From contig CAXMWX010000001.1 in the NCBI GenBank assembly GCA_963422205.2, positions 224,001-288,000 of the forward strand: a stretch of 64,000 nt of DNA. Direction: 5' to 3'. Below, in pieces: positions 31,989 through 42,049 of the stretch. Source of the DNA: Gammaproteobacteria bacterium (GTDB lineage Bacteria; Pseudomonadota; Gammaproteobacteria; Eutrophobiales; Eutrophobiaceae). The notes beneath the pieces are model-generated. The model was given only the letters and a program-made list of their open reading frames with translations. It was not told the origin of the DNA and searched no databases. The stretch's first letter is position 1. Every line of letters starts with the position of its first letter. The translations under genes were made by a program, and so were the position numbers.

Positions 31989-33770
31989 GTGCAGGATTAT
32001 ATCTCCGCGGCTGATGCCGAAACGTTGCCCGGGCTTTTCCAGCAACGGGTAAAACGTGCACCGGAAGCCCCCGCCTACATGTTTTTTGATGCACTCAATG
32101 ACATCTGGACACAGATCAGTTGGATCACTATGCACTTTGAAATCCAACGCTGGGCGACCGCACTTGGCAGGGAGAAGCTGGCGCCCGGCGATCGGGTGGC
32201 TATCATGGCGCGCAATTCCCGCTACTGGGTGATGTTTGATCAGGCGGCACTGGCCCTGGGCCTGGTGGTGATCCCTTTATATACCGATGACCGGGTGGAT
32301 AATGTGGCCTATATCCTGGCGGATGCCGAGGTCAAATTGCTGGTGGCTGGCGGGGCGGCGCAATGGCAACGGCTGAAGAGCCTGCCGCCCAGGAGCAAAC
32401 ACCTAAAGCGCATCGTCAGCATCGGGGATGTGCCTGAAGGCGATGACAAGCGCCTTCGTTTACTGCGTAACTGGCTGCCGCAGCAGGCCGCCCCGCTTGA
32501 GCTGCCCAGGCTGGATGGGGATGCCCTCGCCACTATCATCTATACTTCCGGCACGACCGGCCGCCCCAAGGGGGTGATGCTCAGTCACAAGAATATTCTG
32601 ACCAATGCACAATCCTGCCTGCAAGCCGTGCCGATAGAAACGCAGCACATCTTGTTATCTTTTCTGCCCCTGTCACACGCCTTTGAAAGAACAGTCGGTT
32701 ACTATCTTGCCATCATGGCGGGGGCCTGTGTTGCCCATGCCCGCAGCATTCCTGAACTGGCGCATGATCTGCTGGTCATCAAACCGCATGTGCTGATCTC
32801 GGTGCCGCGTATTTACGAACGTATTTATGCCAGGATACGGGAGAGCTTGCAGAGCAAGTCGCCATTACAGCAGTATGTGTTTCAGTTGGCTGTTGAGGTG
32901 GGCTGGCATAAGTTTGAAGTGGCGCAGGGACGGGCAAGGAGGCATCCGAGGTTATTAATCTGGTGGCTGTTGAAGCGGCTGGTGGCCGAGCAGGTGATCG
33001 CCAGGCTGGGTGGCAGGCTGGTGCTGGCGATCAGCGGCGGTGCGGCACTCTCGCCGGAGATATCGAAGTTGTTCATCGGCCTGGGGCTGCCGGTCTTGCA
33101 GGGGTACGGCCTGACAGAGACCAGCCCGGTGATCAGCGTCAATCGTCGGCAACACAATCTGCCCGCCAGTGTGGGCTCGCCGGTTGATGGTGTTGAAGTC
33201 CGTATCAATGATGAGGATGAATTACACGTCCGTGGTGAGAATGTGATGCTGGGGTACTGGCATGATCAAGAGGCGACCGACCGCATCATCGATACGGCGG
33301 GCTGGCTGTCAACCGGGGATCAGGCGAAGCTGGTGGATGGGCAGATCTATATCACCGGTCGCACCAAGGATATTATTGTGCTGGCCACCGGTGAGAAGGT
33401 ATCGCCGGCTGATATGGAGCTGGCGATTATCACCGATGAGGTGTTTGAGCAGGTGATGGTGGTGGGGGAGGCCAGACCTTACCTGACCGCCCTGGCGGTA
33501 CTCAATGAAGCGGCCATGCAGGCGGCGTTAGTTAAAGACGATCTTGACCTGCCCGACTTGCAGGCCGGGCAATTACAGCAGTGGCTGCTGCAACGCATGG
33601 CCGAGCGGCTGCACAATTTTCCCGGCTATGCGGTTGTGCATGGGATCAGCATCACGCCTCAGCCCTGGACGGTGGAGCAGGGCCTGCTGACACCGACACT
33701 GAAGATCAAGCGCAGGCAGCTTGAGGAGGTGTCTGCCGAGCAGATAGCGCAGATGTATGCCGGGCATTGA
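31989..33770 (+). CDS. Long-chain fatty acid-CoA ligase
   Basis: YTSGTTGRPKG, GYGLTE, TGD, GRTKD, LTPTLKIKR. Confidence 0.92.
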   Translation: MQDYISAADAETLPGLFQQRVKRAPEAPAYMFFDALNDIWTQISWITMHFEIQRWATALGREKLAPGDRVAIMARNSRYWVMFDQAALALGLVVIPLYTDDRVDNVAYILADAEVKLLVAGGAAQWQRLKSLPPRSKHLKRIVSIGDVPEGDDKRLRLLRNWLPQQAAPLELPRLDGDALATIIYTSGTTGRPKGVMLSHKNILTNAQSCLQAVPIETQHILLSFLPLSHAFERTVGYYLAIMAGACVAHARSIPELAHDLLVIKPHVLISVPRIYERIYARIRESLQSKSPLQQYVFQLAVEVGWHKFEVAQGRARRHPRLLIWWLLKRLVAEQVIARLGGRLVLAISGGAALSPEISKLFIGLGLPVLQGYGLTETSPVISVNRRQHNLPASVGSPVDGVEVRINDEDELHVRGENVMLGYWHDQEATDRIIDTAGWLSTGDQAKLVDGQIYITGRTKDIIVLATGEKVSPADMELAIITDEVFEQVMVVGEARPYLTALAVLNEAAMQAALVKDDLDLPDLQAGQLQQWLLQRMAERLHNFPGYAVVHGISITPQPWTVEQGLLTPTLKIKRRQLEEVSAEQIAQMYAGH

Positions 33771-33818
33771 CCCCCTCATGGCGTCTTGTCAGGATGGGTT
33801 CTCTGGCTGCCTGATGAG

Positions 33819-34931
33819 TCAAGCCGATGACTCACTCTCCGGGGGCATCATGTGTATCGCCTCGCTTAATAATGACACGGCAACAAGCGCCTCTTCGGCC
33901 AGCCGGTTACGCCGGGCAACGTGGCTGGGAACGTTCAGATAAATGGCCGCTCCCTGCTCGGTGAGCATCTTAATTGAGGTTGATTCACCCAGCCTGACCA
34001 GCTCGGTTATTTTGCCATGCACGGGGTTTTCGCGTTCGCCACGTGATGGCCTGTCCTGCCGGTGCAGGATGACACTTTCCGTCGGGATCACCCAGCGGCA
34101 TGGTGCCCCGGCGGCCATTTCAGGCCGGTAGGCGGCCTCCAGCGTCATGCCCTGCCAGTGCAGCCGGGTGATCTGTCGTTCATGGTCGTGCTGCTCTACA
34201 AGGCCATCATGGATATTGTCGTGGCCGATGAGGCGGGCGACTTTGCTGTTATGGGGCCGGCTCATGATGGCATCGGGCGTATCGAGTTGCAGGGTGTGGC
34301 CATGATGCAGGATGCACAGGCGATCGGCAATGCGTCTGGCCTCGTTCAGGTTATGGGTGACATGGATCAGCGGCGTGGGTATTTGCTGGTGTAATTGCAA
34401 CAGTTCACGTACCAGTTTTCGGCGCGTTTGCTGATCGATGGCGGAGAAAGGCTCATCTAACAGCAACACATCCGGCTCACGTGCCAGGGCCCTTGCCAGG
34501 GCGATACGTTGTTGCTGGCCGCCAGATAGCTGGCCTGGCAGGCGCCCCTCCAGCCCCTGCATGTTAATCAACTCAAGCAACTGTCGGGCCCGTTGGGTTT
34601 TATTTATCTTGTCGTTACGCAGTGCAATCATGATATTCTCCAGCGCCGTCAGGTGCGGAAACAAGGCGTAATGCTGAAACACCATGCCGGTTTTTCGCTG
34701 TTGCACGGGCAGATTGATGCGGGCATCGGTATCCAGCCAGGGGGTTGTATTACTGCTCACCCTGCCATGCTGTGGTGTATACAGGCCGCTGATGGTGCGT
34801 AAGGTGGTTGACTTGCCGCTGCCTGATGGGCCGACAATCACCAGTATGTCACCCGGCTGGCAATCAAATGCAACATGCAGCGGTATGATGGTATCTTGTT
34901 GCAGACGTACTTTGACTCCCTCAGCCGGCAT
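33819..34931 (-). CDS. modC: Molybdate ABC ATPase
   Basis: GPSGSGKS, LSGGQQQR, LDEPF, TOBE-like C-terminus; operon context. Confidence 0.85.
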   Translation of the reverse strand: MPAEGVKVRLQQDTIIPLHVAFDCQPGDILVIVGPSGSGKSTTLRTISGLYTPQHGRVSSNTTPWLDTDARINLPVQQRKTGMVFQHYALFPHLTALENIMIALRNDKINKTQRARQLLELINMQGLEGRLPGQLSGGQQQRIALARALAREPDVLLLDEPFSAIDQQTRRKLVRELLQLHQQIPTPLIHVTHNLNEARRIADRLCILHHGHTLQLDTPDAIMSRPHNSKVARLIGHDNIHDGLVEQHDHERQITRLHWQGMTLEAAYRPEMAAGAPCRWVIPTESVILHRQDRPSRGERENPVHGKITELVRLGESTSIKMLTEQGAAIYLNVPSHVARRNRLAEEALVAVSLLSEAIHMMPPESESSA

Positions 34932-35592
34932 GGTGTTTACCGGCTCGCTCGGTCAACATATAGATCAGGGTGATTGCCAGAAAAGAGCCAAGCAGTAACA
35001 CAGCCGACATGATGGCGGCACTTTGATTATCAAATGCCTGTACCCGATCATAAATCGCAATCGCGATGGTACGTGTCTCGCCGGCTATGCTGCCGCCCAC
35101 CATGAGGATGACGCCAAACTCGCCCAGCGTGTGTGCGATTGTCAAGATAGCCGCAGCAACGATACCCGGCCAGGCCAGCGGCAGTTCAATGCGGGTAAAC
35201 GTCTGCCAGCCCGACAGACCACAGCACCAGGCCGCTTCCCGGATGCTGTGTGAGATGGATTCAAAGCTGCGCTGTATGGGTTGAATGGCAAAAGGGATGT
35301 TAAAGATGACCGAGGCAATCAGTATGCCTTCAAATGAAAACACCAGCGTACGACCAGCCACGCCTTCATACACCTGGCCGAGCCATGATTCTCTGCCAAG
35401 CAGCATCAGCAGGTAAAACCCCAGCACGGTTGGTGGCAGGATCAACGGCAGGGCGATCACGGCCTGGGCGATATGTCTGCCGGTGAACCGGTGCCAGGCA
35501 AGCCATCTGGCGATGATGATGGCCAGAGGGATCAGAATTGCCGCCGTTGCCAGCCCCAGTATGAGCGAGATCAGTAAGGCGTCCCAGTCCAT
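34921..35592 (-). CDS. modB: Molybdate ABC permease
   Basis: LPLILPPTVLGFYLL, AHTLGEFG, GETRT. Confidence 0.93.
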   Translation of the reverse strand: MDWDALLISLILGLATAAILIPLAIIIARWLAWHRFTGRHIAQAVIALPLILPPTVLGFYLLMLLGRESWLGQVYEGVAGRTLVFSFEGILIASVIFNIPFAIQPIQRSFESISHSIREAAWCCGLSGWQTFTRIELPLAWPGIVAAAILTIAHTLGEFGVILMVGGSIAGETRTIAIAIYDRVQAFDNQSAAIMSAVLLLGSFLAITLIYMLTERAGKHHAG

Positions 35593-36344
35593 TAATCTGT
35601 CGGCAGATAGCCGAACCTGGCCAACACCGCTTTTGTCTTCTCCGATACCAGGGTCTGGAAAAGCTGTCTGCTTGTCCTGGTATCATCCAGCAGGGCGATG
35701 TACTGTCTAATCGGTTTGTGCCAGTTGTGCGGGATGGGGAAGTGCTTGCCTTGCTGGTTGCCTGCTATCGCATACATAAACGATGTTGGCACGATACAGG
35801 TATCGACATTGTTGGTAGTGCAGAATTGCATTGCTTGAGCTGCATTCTCGCCCAGTACAAGCTGACGGGTTTTGATAGCCCACACGCCCGCCTGGCTGAG
35901 TGCCTGCCGGGCGGCGATGCCGTACGGTGCATATTCAGGATTGGGGATGGCCAGCCGGGAAAACTCGCCCGTTTGCAGGGCGTACATGACCTCAGCTAGG
36001 CGGGTTTTATCGTACAGGCGGGAGTTTTGCGGGAGGTAGATGCTCAACTGCCCTTCGGCAAAGACAGCGAGTTCGGCAATCGCAATATGATGTTGCTCAA
36101 GTTGTTTAATATATTCCCTGCTGGCGGAGATAAATATATCAAACGGTGCCCCCTGTATGATTTGTCGGCTGAAATTTCCCGAGGAACCGAACGACAGCCT
36201 GACATTGACCGACTCATCGTCATCCAGTCTAAGCCGAGGTATTACATGCACAAAATTGGAGGCAATCGCCGTGAATACCACAGGGTCGGCCTGAACTGGC
36301 ACTGACAGGAGCAACATAAAGAGTAGTCGAGAAAATTTCTGCAT
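35592..36344 (-). CDS. modA: Molybdate ABC substrate-binding protein
   Basis: SFGSSG, GAPFDIFISA, AIPNP..APYG.AA, GENAAQ. Confidence 0.92.
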   Translation of the reverse strand: MQKFSRLLFMLLLSVPVQADPVVFTAIASNFVHVIPRLRLDDDESVNVRLSFGSSGNFSRQIIQGAPFDIFISASREYIKQLEQHHIAIAELAVFAEGQLSIYLPQNSRLYDKTRLAEVMYALQTGEFSRLAIPNPEYAPYGIAARQALSQAGVWAIKTRQLVLGENAAQAMQFCTTNNVDTCIVPTSFMYAIAGNQQGKHFPIPHNWHKPIRQYIALLDDTRTSRQLFQTLVSEKTKAVLARFGYLPTD

Positions 36345-36511
36345 AGCAAGTTGGCATAACAGCGGCTTGGTTGGTGCTGAGACTGCACAGCGGCCCATCA
36401 ACCAGCAGTATAAACAAAATACGGGTTGAAAATAAGCATGATTTATTGATGGCTTGCCGGAGGCCGGCCTGGCTGGCGGGGGTGGTGTTTGGCGTGCTGC
36501 CTGCCGCCCGA

Positions 36512-37252
36512 TCAGCGCGGCGATGATGTATCCTCATCAGGGAAGATGATCGACACCCGATAGTTATCTCCCCGCTGATTACGCATATTTGATATCCCGG
36601 TGAACCTGCGTAGCTGTGGTGCCGTCAGTGCATAGTCCAGCACGACCTTGCCGGCGATCAGGTTGACAAAGAAATTATCCGGTTCGATGACCATCCGCCT
36701 CAGCGTGTCCGTTGCCTGTTGCTGGTAGATCCTGAAGGTGACAAAACGCAGTAACGAGGGCACTAAAAAGGCTTTTTTTATCCTCTCACCTGCGGTCAGC
36801 TTATCCCAGTGTTGTGCAATCAGCCGATCAAAGCCGGCATCAACCAGCGCATTGTCGGGGATAGTGAGACGGGCTGTCCTGGTTTTATCTCCGGTTTTCC
36901 TGATAAATGTGACGATAAGCTCATCGGCAGTTTTTCTTGCCATTTCATAATGGCCGGATAAATGATTATCCAACGTAAAATCCGGCGTCAGTTGTGAGTG
37001 GGTATAGTCGACTGTCTTGCTGGCGAGCAAGCCGCCGTCAGGCAGCAGATACGTAACATCGTCTTTAAGCAGGGTAGCCCCATCCCAGGTCTCATGATGC
37101 ACTTCTGTGTACAAAAGCTGTTCGGTCTTGAGATCATAGGCATGACCCCGGCGTATTTTCACCTCCGCCAGGGCGGCATTGCCAGCAAGCAGGAAAACAA
37201 ACAGGCAGACAACACAGGATATGAGCGGCATGATGTTATATGCGCCTGCCAT
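36512..37252 (-). CDS. Exported hypothetical protein
   Basis: Signal peptide ending AALA; G.AYD...LLYTE.H, VDAGFD..I..HW, F.GISN; start 37252 or 37231. Confidence 0.75.
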   Translation of the reverse strand: MAGAYNIMPLISCVVCLFVFLLAGNAALAEVKIRRGHAYDLKTEQLLYTEVHHETWDGATLLKDDVTYLLPDGGLLASKTVDYTHSQLTPDFTLDNHLSGHYEMARKTADELIVTFIRKTGDKTRTARLTIPDNALVDAGFDRLIAQHWDKLTAGERIKKAFLVPSLLRFVTFRIYQQQATDTLRRMVIEPDNFFVNLIAGKVVLDYALTAPQLRRFTGISNMRNQRGDNYRVSIIFPDEDTSSPR

Positions 37253-37580
37253 GGATAAATTTTTGTACATCACCAGCACTGCTGTAAATTGCATACAGGA
37301 TATACACGCAGGAGAACAGATTCCCCAGTAGCAAAATCGGGATAAAAAACAGGGCGGCCTTGAGGGGATGGACTTCACGCCACAGTATCCAGACCCCAAG
37401 CAGGAAAAAACCGATATAAATATCAAGAAACGTCACCAGCCCCCAGGGCATGGCAGTGATGCGGCTGATCTCCGCGGCAAAATTGCCGTTGGCTATGCCG
37501 TAGAGGAGGCCGATGCACATCATCAGCAGTAGCAAGCCGATGAACACCGCCAGTTTTTTCAATGCGGCTGGTTCATACAT
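37236..37580 (-). CDS. DUF1475-like small membrane protein
   Basis: PWG.VT.LDIY.GF, W..WRE, LGN motifs; start overlaps the upstream stop. Confidence 0.75.
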   Translation of the reverse strand: MYEPAALKKLAVFIGLLLLMMCIGLLYGIANGNFAAEISRITAMPWGLVTFLDIYIGFFLLGVWILWREVHPLKAALFFIPILLLGNLFSCVYILYAIYSSAGDVQKFIHGRRI

Positions 37581-38638
37581 TACCGAGCCTTTGTGAACAA
37601 GTAGTGACTGACCCACCATTGCTGGCCGTTTTCGTAGCCGAATAACTGGGCGCAGGCGATAAAGAAGACCCGCCAGCGTACCCACCATTGCATCGCATGT
37701 TCAGCCCCATACGTTGCTGTGAATAAATCAAGCACTCTGCCCTTGTTGGCATCCATGTTCGCCAGCCACGCCGTGGCCGTTTTTTTATAGTGGCGGCCGT
37801 CCCAGCGCCATTTTTTATCCAGCAGCATGGCTTGTTGAAAACGTAACGGCAACTCATCGGCCGGCATCATGCCGCCGGTAAAAAAATACTGACTCATCCA
37901 GTCGGAGGAGTACCTGGCGATGAAATAGTAAGGCGTACTCTTGTGACAGAATATGTGCATGAAAAACTTGCCTGTATCTTTCAGCCAGCCGGCAATCCGC
38001 TGCATCAACAGTTCGTGATTACGTATATGTTCAAACATCTCTATGGAAATAACCCGGTCAAACTGTTTGTCAATGTCAAATGTATTCATATCCGCCGTTA
38101 TGATCGCAATATTGTTAAGCCCTTCCTTGCGGGCTGCTTGCAGAATATATGCTCTTTGCGAATGGGAATTTGACACGGCGGTAATGTGCGCTGCCGGATA
38201 GTGCCTGGCGAGCCATAAAGTCCATGCCCCCCAGCCACAGCCGAGCTCCAGGATCTGCATACCATCTTCCAACTCCGCCCGGGCGCTGCTGATACGCAGG
38301 GCGTTAATTTCTGCCTGATTCAGATCAGCAGTCGCCGCATCCCAAAAACAACAACTGTATTTTCTGCTCTCACCCAGCACCACGGTAAAAAATTCTGCCG
38401 GGACTTCATAATGCTGTGCATTGGCGGCGGCGGTAGCAACGGCGATGGGTGCCTGCCTCATGTTTTTCACAAATGCCTCAAGCCGCCGCCCGCTCTGCTC
38501 ACAATCATCAATTTGCAATTCATTCAGCCGGGTTTTTAGCAAGGCATTGATGCCTGTGCGGATGATGATATCAGGGGCATAACCCCTCTCCACCAGATCG
38601 ATTGCCCAGTCAATGGCGTGCGTGGTTAAACTTCTCAT
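37580..38638 (-). CDS. Cyclopropane-fatty-acid synthase family / coclaurine N-methyltransferase-like SAM methyltransferase
   Basis: ANAQHYEVP, KYSCC, LELGCGWG, VSNS..Q, SIEMFEH, YFFTGG.MP. Confidence 0.9.
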   Translation of the reverse strand: MRSLTTHAIDWAIDLVERGYAPDIIIRTGINALLKTRLNELQIDDCEQSGRRLEAFVKNMRQAPIAVATAAANAQHYEVPAEFFTVVLGESRKYSCCFWDAATADLNQAEINALRISSARAELEDGMQILELGCGWGAWTLWLARHYPAAHITAVSNSHSQRAYILQAARKEGLNNIAIITADMNTFDIDKQFDRVISIEMFEHIRNHELLMQRIAGWLKDTGKFFMHIFCHKSTPYYFIARYSSDWMSQYFFTGGMMPADELPLRFQQAMLLDKKWRWDGRHYKKTATAWLANMDANKGRVLDLFTATYGAEHAMQWWVRWRVFFIACAQLFGYENGQQWWVSHYLFTKAR

Positions 38639-39447
38639 CCGCCACTTCCCGGCATAGGCTTTGCCGGCCAGGGGAAAAAACGGCTGGTGCTTTGCTGGTA
38701 GCGCCGATAGGCATCACCACGGCTTCGTACCAGTTGTTGCTCGGTATGGGGAATGCCGGTGAGCCGGGTGATAAAGACATACATGATGGCCACCCCGGCC
38801 AGCGTCAGCCACCACCACGATGAGCCGATACCGATAAACACGAACGCCCACCAGGTCAGCCATTCAAAAAAATAATTCGGGTGTCGGGACAAGCGCCACA
38901 AGCCGATACGGCATACCTTGCCCTGATTGTCCGGGTTGGCCTTGAAGCGGCTTAACTGGGCATCGGCGATGGTCTCCCCGGCCATGGCGATGAGCCAGAC
39001 AAGCACGCCCACCAGATCGAACAGCCCCAGCCGTGCCGTTGATGCCGCTGCCGCCATGTACGGAATACAGAACAGCACCACCCAGGAGGCCTGTAGCTGA
39101 AAAAATAGCAACAGGATGAGGCTGGCCCGCTTGCCGTAACGCTCATGCAGGTAGCCACGCAGGTAGCGATAGCGGCTATCTTCCGGCTTGCCGATGACAC
39201 GCCTGAAAAGAAACGTGCCCAGACGCAATCCCCACAGCAGTGCCATGATGGCCAGCAGGAGCTTTCTTTCGGCTAAACCGCCGGGCACGGACAACACCAG
39301 GATAGCGGCGCTCACGCCGGTCAGATAGGCCCAGGCAACATCAACCACGCCGGCATTCTCGCTGCGTAATTGCTGATACCACAGCAGCAACATGATGCCG
39401 GCGACCACAGCCCAGCAGAGCAATACATTGATCATCATGTCATTCAT
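38635..39447 (-). CDS. DUF1295 (steroid 5-alpha-reductase-like) membrane protein
   Basis: VDVAW, EDSRY, E.IAD.QL..FK, GLW..SRHPNYFFE, Y..YQ..TS.FFP. Confidence 0.9.
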   Translation of the reverse strand: MNDMMINVLLCWAVVAGIMLLLWYQQLRSENAGVVDVAWAYLTGVSAAILVLSVPGGLAERKLLLAIMALLWGLRLGTFLFRRVIGKPEDSRYRYLRGYLHERYGKRASLILLLFFQLQASWVVLFCIPYMAAAASTARLGLFDLVGVLVWLIAMAGETIADAQLSRFKANPDNQGKVCRIGLWRLSRHPNYFFEWLTWWAFVFIGIGSSWWWLTLAGVAIMYVFITRLTGIPHTEQQLVRSRGDAYRRYQQSTSRFFPWPAKPMPGSGG

Positions 39448-40004
39448 GCGCTATCACCACCTGTCATCGGTGTTATCTTGCTCATCGCCGTCCCCGGCAG
39501 GAACCGGCCCGAAGCATACAACAGCCCAGGCATGGCAACTGCCCACAGCAGGCCGATGGCGATGAGGGAGGTCATCTCTTTGAGTAGCATAATGGCGTTC
39601 ATGGTGCTGCCAAGATAATACGCCGCCGGCCCGCCCAGCAGACCAAATGCCATACCTAACCATGGGCGGCCAGCCAACCAGGCCAGGCTGTGGTTGATGG
39701 TCATGCCGAGGTTAAGCCACAGGGCGACCATCCAGAGGGTCGAAGGCCAGCCGAGTTGGGCGGTTGGCGGAAAGGCGAGCATACCCGCCAGCACCAGCAG
39801 GGAGTCGGCCACATACCCTGCCAGCGCACATAACAGCAGAAATTGCAATTCAATAACGGGTTGGCGGCTGAACAGAGGCAGATGCACAGCCAGCCAGGCC
39901 AGCGTGAATACCGGCCCCAGCCATGGGTAAGCCGCCGCCGCCCCGACAACTGTGGCCAGCCAGCCCAGCTGGAAGAGGATAAAATTCAGCACATTGCCCA
40001 GCAT
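39444..40004 (-). CDS. DUF2878-like membrane protein
   Basis: NFILFQLGW, WM.ALW, HSLAWL, GGP.AY. Confidence 0.85.
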   Translation of the reverse strand: MLGNVLNFILFQLGWLATVVGAAAAYPWLGPVFTLAWLAVHLPLFSRQPVIELQFLLLCALAGYVADSLLVLAGMLAFPPTAQLGWPSTLWMVALWLNLGMTINHSLAWLAGRPWLGMAFGLLGGPAAYYLGSTMNAIMLLKEMTSLIAIGLLWAVAMPGLLYASGRFLPGTAMSKITPMTGGDSA

Positions 40005-41261
40005 TTATATCGCCCCTGACAGATAGGTATGTTGACAGGCGGGTTTGTTAAACATCAGTTGCACATCACCGATATAATTCTGCTTGAAACCGGCCTCGCA
40101 ATAACAAAAGTAATACTGCCAGAGACGAATGAAGTCATCACCAAATCCCAGCGCGCGAATTTTGATCTCATTCGCCTGAAAGTTCTCCCGCCATTTTCGT
40201 AAAGTCCTGGCATAATGCGGGCCGATGTCCTCCAGGTGTTTAAGCTGTAGCTCGCTGCCTTGTGCGGCTGCATTCAGCAGCGCCGAGATGGACGGCACAC
40301 AACTTCCCGGGAAGATAAACTGCTGGATAAAGTCACTGGTTTTTAAATATTTTTCGTACCGTCGATCCGGCATGGTGATCGCCTGCATGAACATGTTCCC
40401 ATCGGCTTTTAACAAGCGATCGCATTGCTGGAAAAACCCCGGCAGGAAGGCATGACCCACAGCCTCGATCATCTCAACTGAGACGATGGCATCGTATTGT
40501 CCGGTCAACTCCCGGTAGTCACAGTGCAGCAGTTTTATTCTCTCTGTCAGCCTGTGTGCATGAATGCGCTCCTGCACCAGGGTGTATTGTTGTGCTGAAA
40601 TTGTCGTGGTGGTGATCTTGCAGCCATAGTTGCGGGCCGCATGGATAGCAAAACTTCCCCAGCCACTGCCGATCTCCAGAATATGTTGCTCAGGTTTGAG
40701 TTGCAGTTTACGGCAGATACGATCGAGCTTCTCCACGGATGCCTGTTGCAGGCTGGTCTCTGGCGTTGTGAAAATACCGGCGGAATACGTCATGGTCTCA
40801 TCAAGAAACAAGGCAAACATCTCATTACCAAGATCATAATGTGCCTTGATGTTATCCTTGCTGCCGGCCTGTGTATTGATGCGTTGTTTATGGCGTCGTT
40901 TGAGCCAGAAATTACCCAGCACCGCGAGACCAGCATTCAGCCGATCCATCTGTGGGCTGTTACCAAGCAGCAATTCAAACAGGCGGGTCAAGTCGTTGCA
41001 TGACCAGAAGCCATCACGCCAGGCGCTGGCAGCACCGTTACTGCCGGCCAGCAAGACATCCAGATAAAACCGAACATCATGGACGATGATTTCAACTGCT
41101 ATGTTATCTGCATCACCAATACACCATGCACCCCATGTATCCTGAATGCGGATCCCGCCCTGTCGTAATTGTCCAAGGCGATTTTTAATGTGATTACGAA
41201 GCAGGCAGATGGGCATCAGCATACCGCCGCTGGCCGCTTCGGTAATGGCGCCGGGTCTCAT
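40005..41261 (-). CDS. Cyclopropane/methyl fatty-acyl-phospholipid synthase (Cfa/UfaM-like)
   Basis: NI.AHYDLGN, M.YS, LEIGSGWG, SVEMIEAVG, IFPG, RLW.YY..YCEAGF. Confidence 0.92.
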   Translation of the reverse strand: MRPGAITEAASGGMLMPICLLRNHIKNRLGQLRQGGIRIQDTWGAWCIGDADNIAVEIIVHDVRFYLDVLLAGSNGAASAWRDGFWSCNDLTRLFELLLGNSPQMDRLNAGLAVLGNFWLKRRHKQRINTQAGSKDNIKAHYDLGNEMFALFLDETMTYSAGIFTTPETSLQQASVEKLDRICRKLQLKPEQHILEIGSGWGSFAIHAARNYGCKITTTTISAQQYTLVQERIHAHRLTERIKLLHCDYRELTGQYDAIVSVEMIEAVGHAFLPGFFQQCDRLLKADGNMFMQAITMPDRRYEKYLKTSDFIQQFIFPGSCVPSISALLNAAAQGSELQLKHLEDIGPHYARTLRKWRENFQANEIKIRALGFGDDFIRLWQYYFCYCEAGFKQNYIGDVQLMFNKPACQHTYLSGAI

Positions 41262-42049
41262 GTTTTCAACGCCTTGTTCTGATAACTTTTCACTTCATGC
41301 TGGCGGTGTTTTGGGTGAGCATAAAACGGCACTTGCTTTAATTTAAGTTGCAATGCTTGCCAGTAAATGCCAGTGAGAATTCTTAACGTCATGAACGGGT
41401 AGTGCAGCAATGTACTGTGCAGGTTAGCGCTCGTGATAGCCTGTGCCTGTAACACCAGGTGGGCAGAGAAAATCTCATCATCCTCCTGCCGGTTACTCAT
41501 CTGCACATGCAGTTGCTCATCCGGGTTGGACAACCGCCAGCGATAGTCCTGCTGCATGGGCATGAATGGTGAGACATGAAAGGCTTTCTGGAAGTGAAAC
41601 TCATGCCCATTGCCAGGGGGGGTATCCCGGCAGTCCAGCACATAACAATGGGTCTCGCCCCAGGGCGTGTTATGAACCTCGGCGATGATAAAATCGGTGC
41701 GGGTATCGCTATGGTTGCGGCAGTAATAGAAACTGACCGGGTTCATGCAGTAGCCGAAGTAACGCAGATGAGTCAACAGGCGGATGCGGCCTTGCGGCCA
41801 TGCGGCGGTCTTTTGATACACCAGTTCAGCTATGCTCTCAGACAAAGGCTGCTTCGGGTCGCCATAATGATCGCTGCGTTTGAACCAGGCCAGGGCGGGC
41901 TTATCTGCTGACCAGAGGAGAAACGGCGCAAACAGATCGGGCAACTCGTCCAGGTCAAGATACAGCATAAACAGACGATAGGTAAATGCGTGCAACACCG
42001 GTTTATTGCGCCTGTGCCGCATCCAGCCGGTATAAAGCCTGCTGTGCAT
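41258..42049 (-). CDS. DUF1365 protein (UfaO-like)
   Basis: H.R..PV.H.F.Y, NPVSFYYC, EV.NTPWGE, K.FHVSPF, IYWQAL.L. Confidence 0.9.
   Translation of the reverse strand: MHSRLYTGWMRHRRNKPVLHAFTYRLFMLYLDLDELPDLFAPFLLWSADKPALAWFKRSDHYGDPKQPLSESIAELVYQKTAAWPQGRIRLLTHLRYFGYCMNPVSFYYCRNHSDTRTDFIIAEVHNTPWGETHCYVLDCRDTPPGNGHEFHFQKAFHVSPFMPMQQDYRWRLSNPDEQLHVQMSNRQEDDEIFSAHLVLQAQAITSANLHSTLLHYPFMTLRILTGIYWQALQLKLKQVPFYAHPKHRQHEVKSYQNKALKT

Noticed and set aside
36400-36450. ModE box upstream of modA
   Set aside because: AT-rich but does not convincingly match the TATAT-N7-TAYAT consensus
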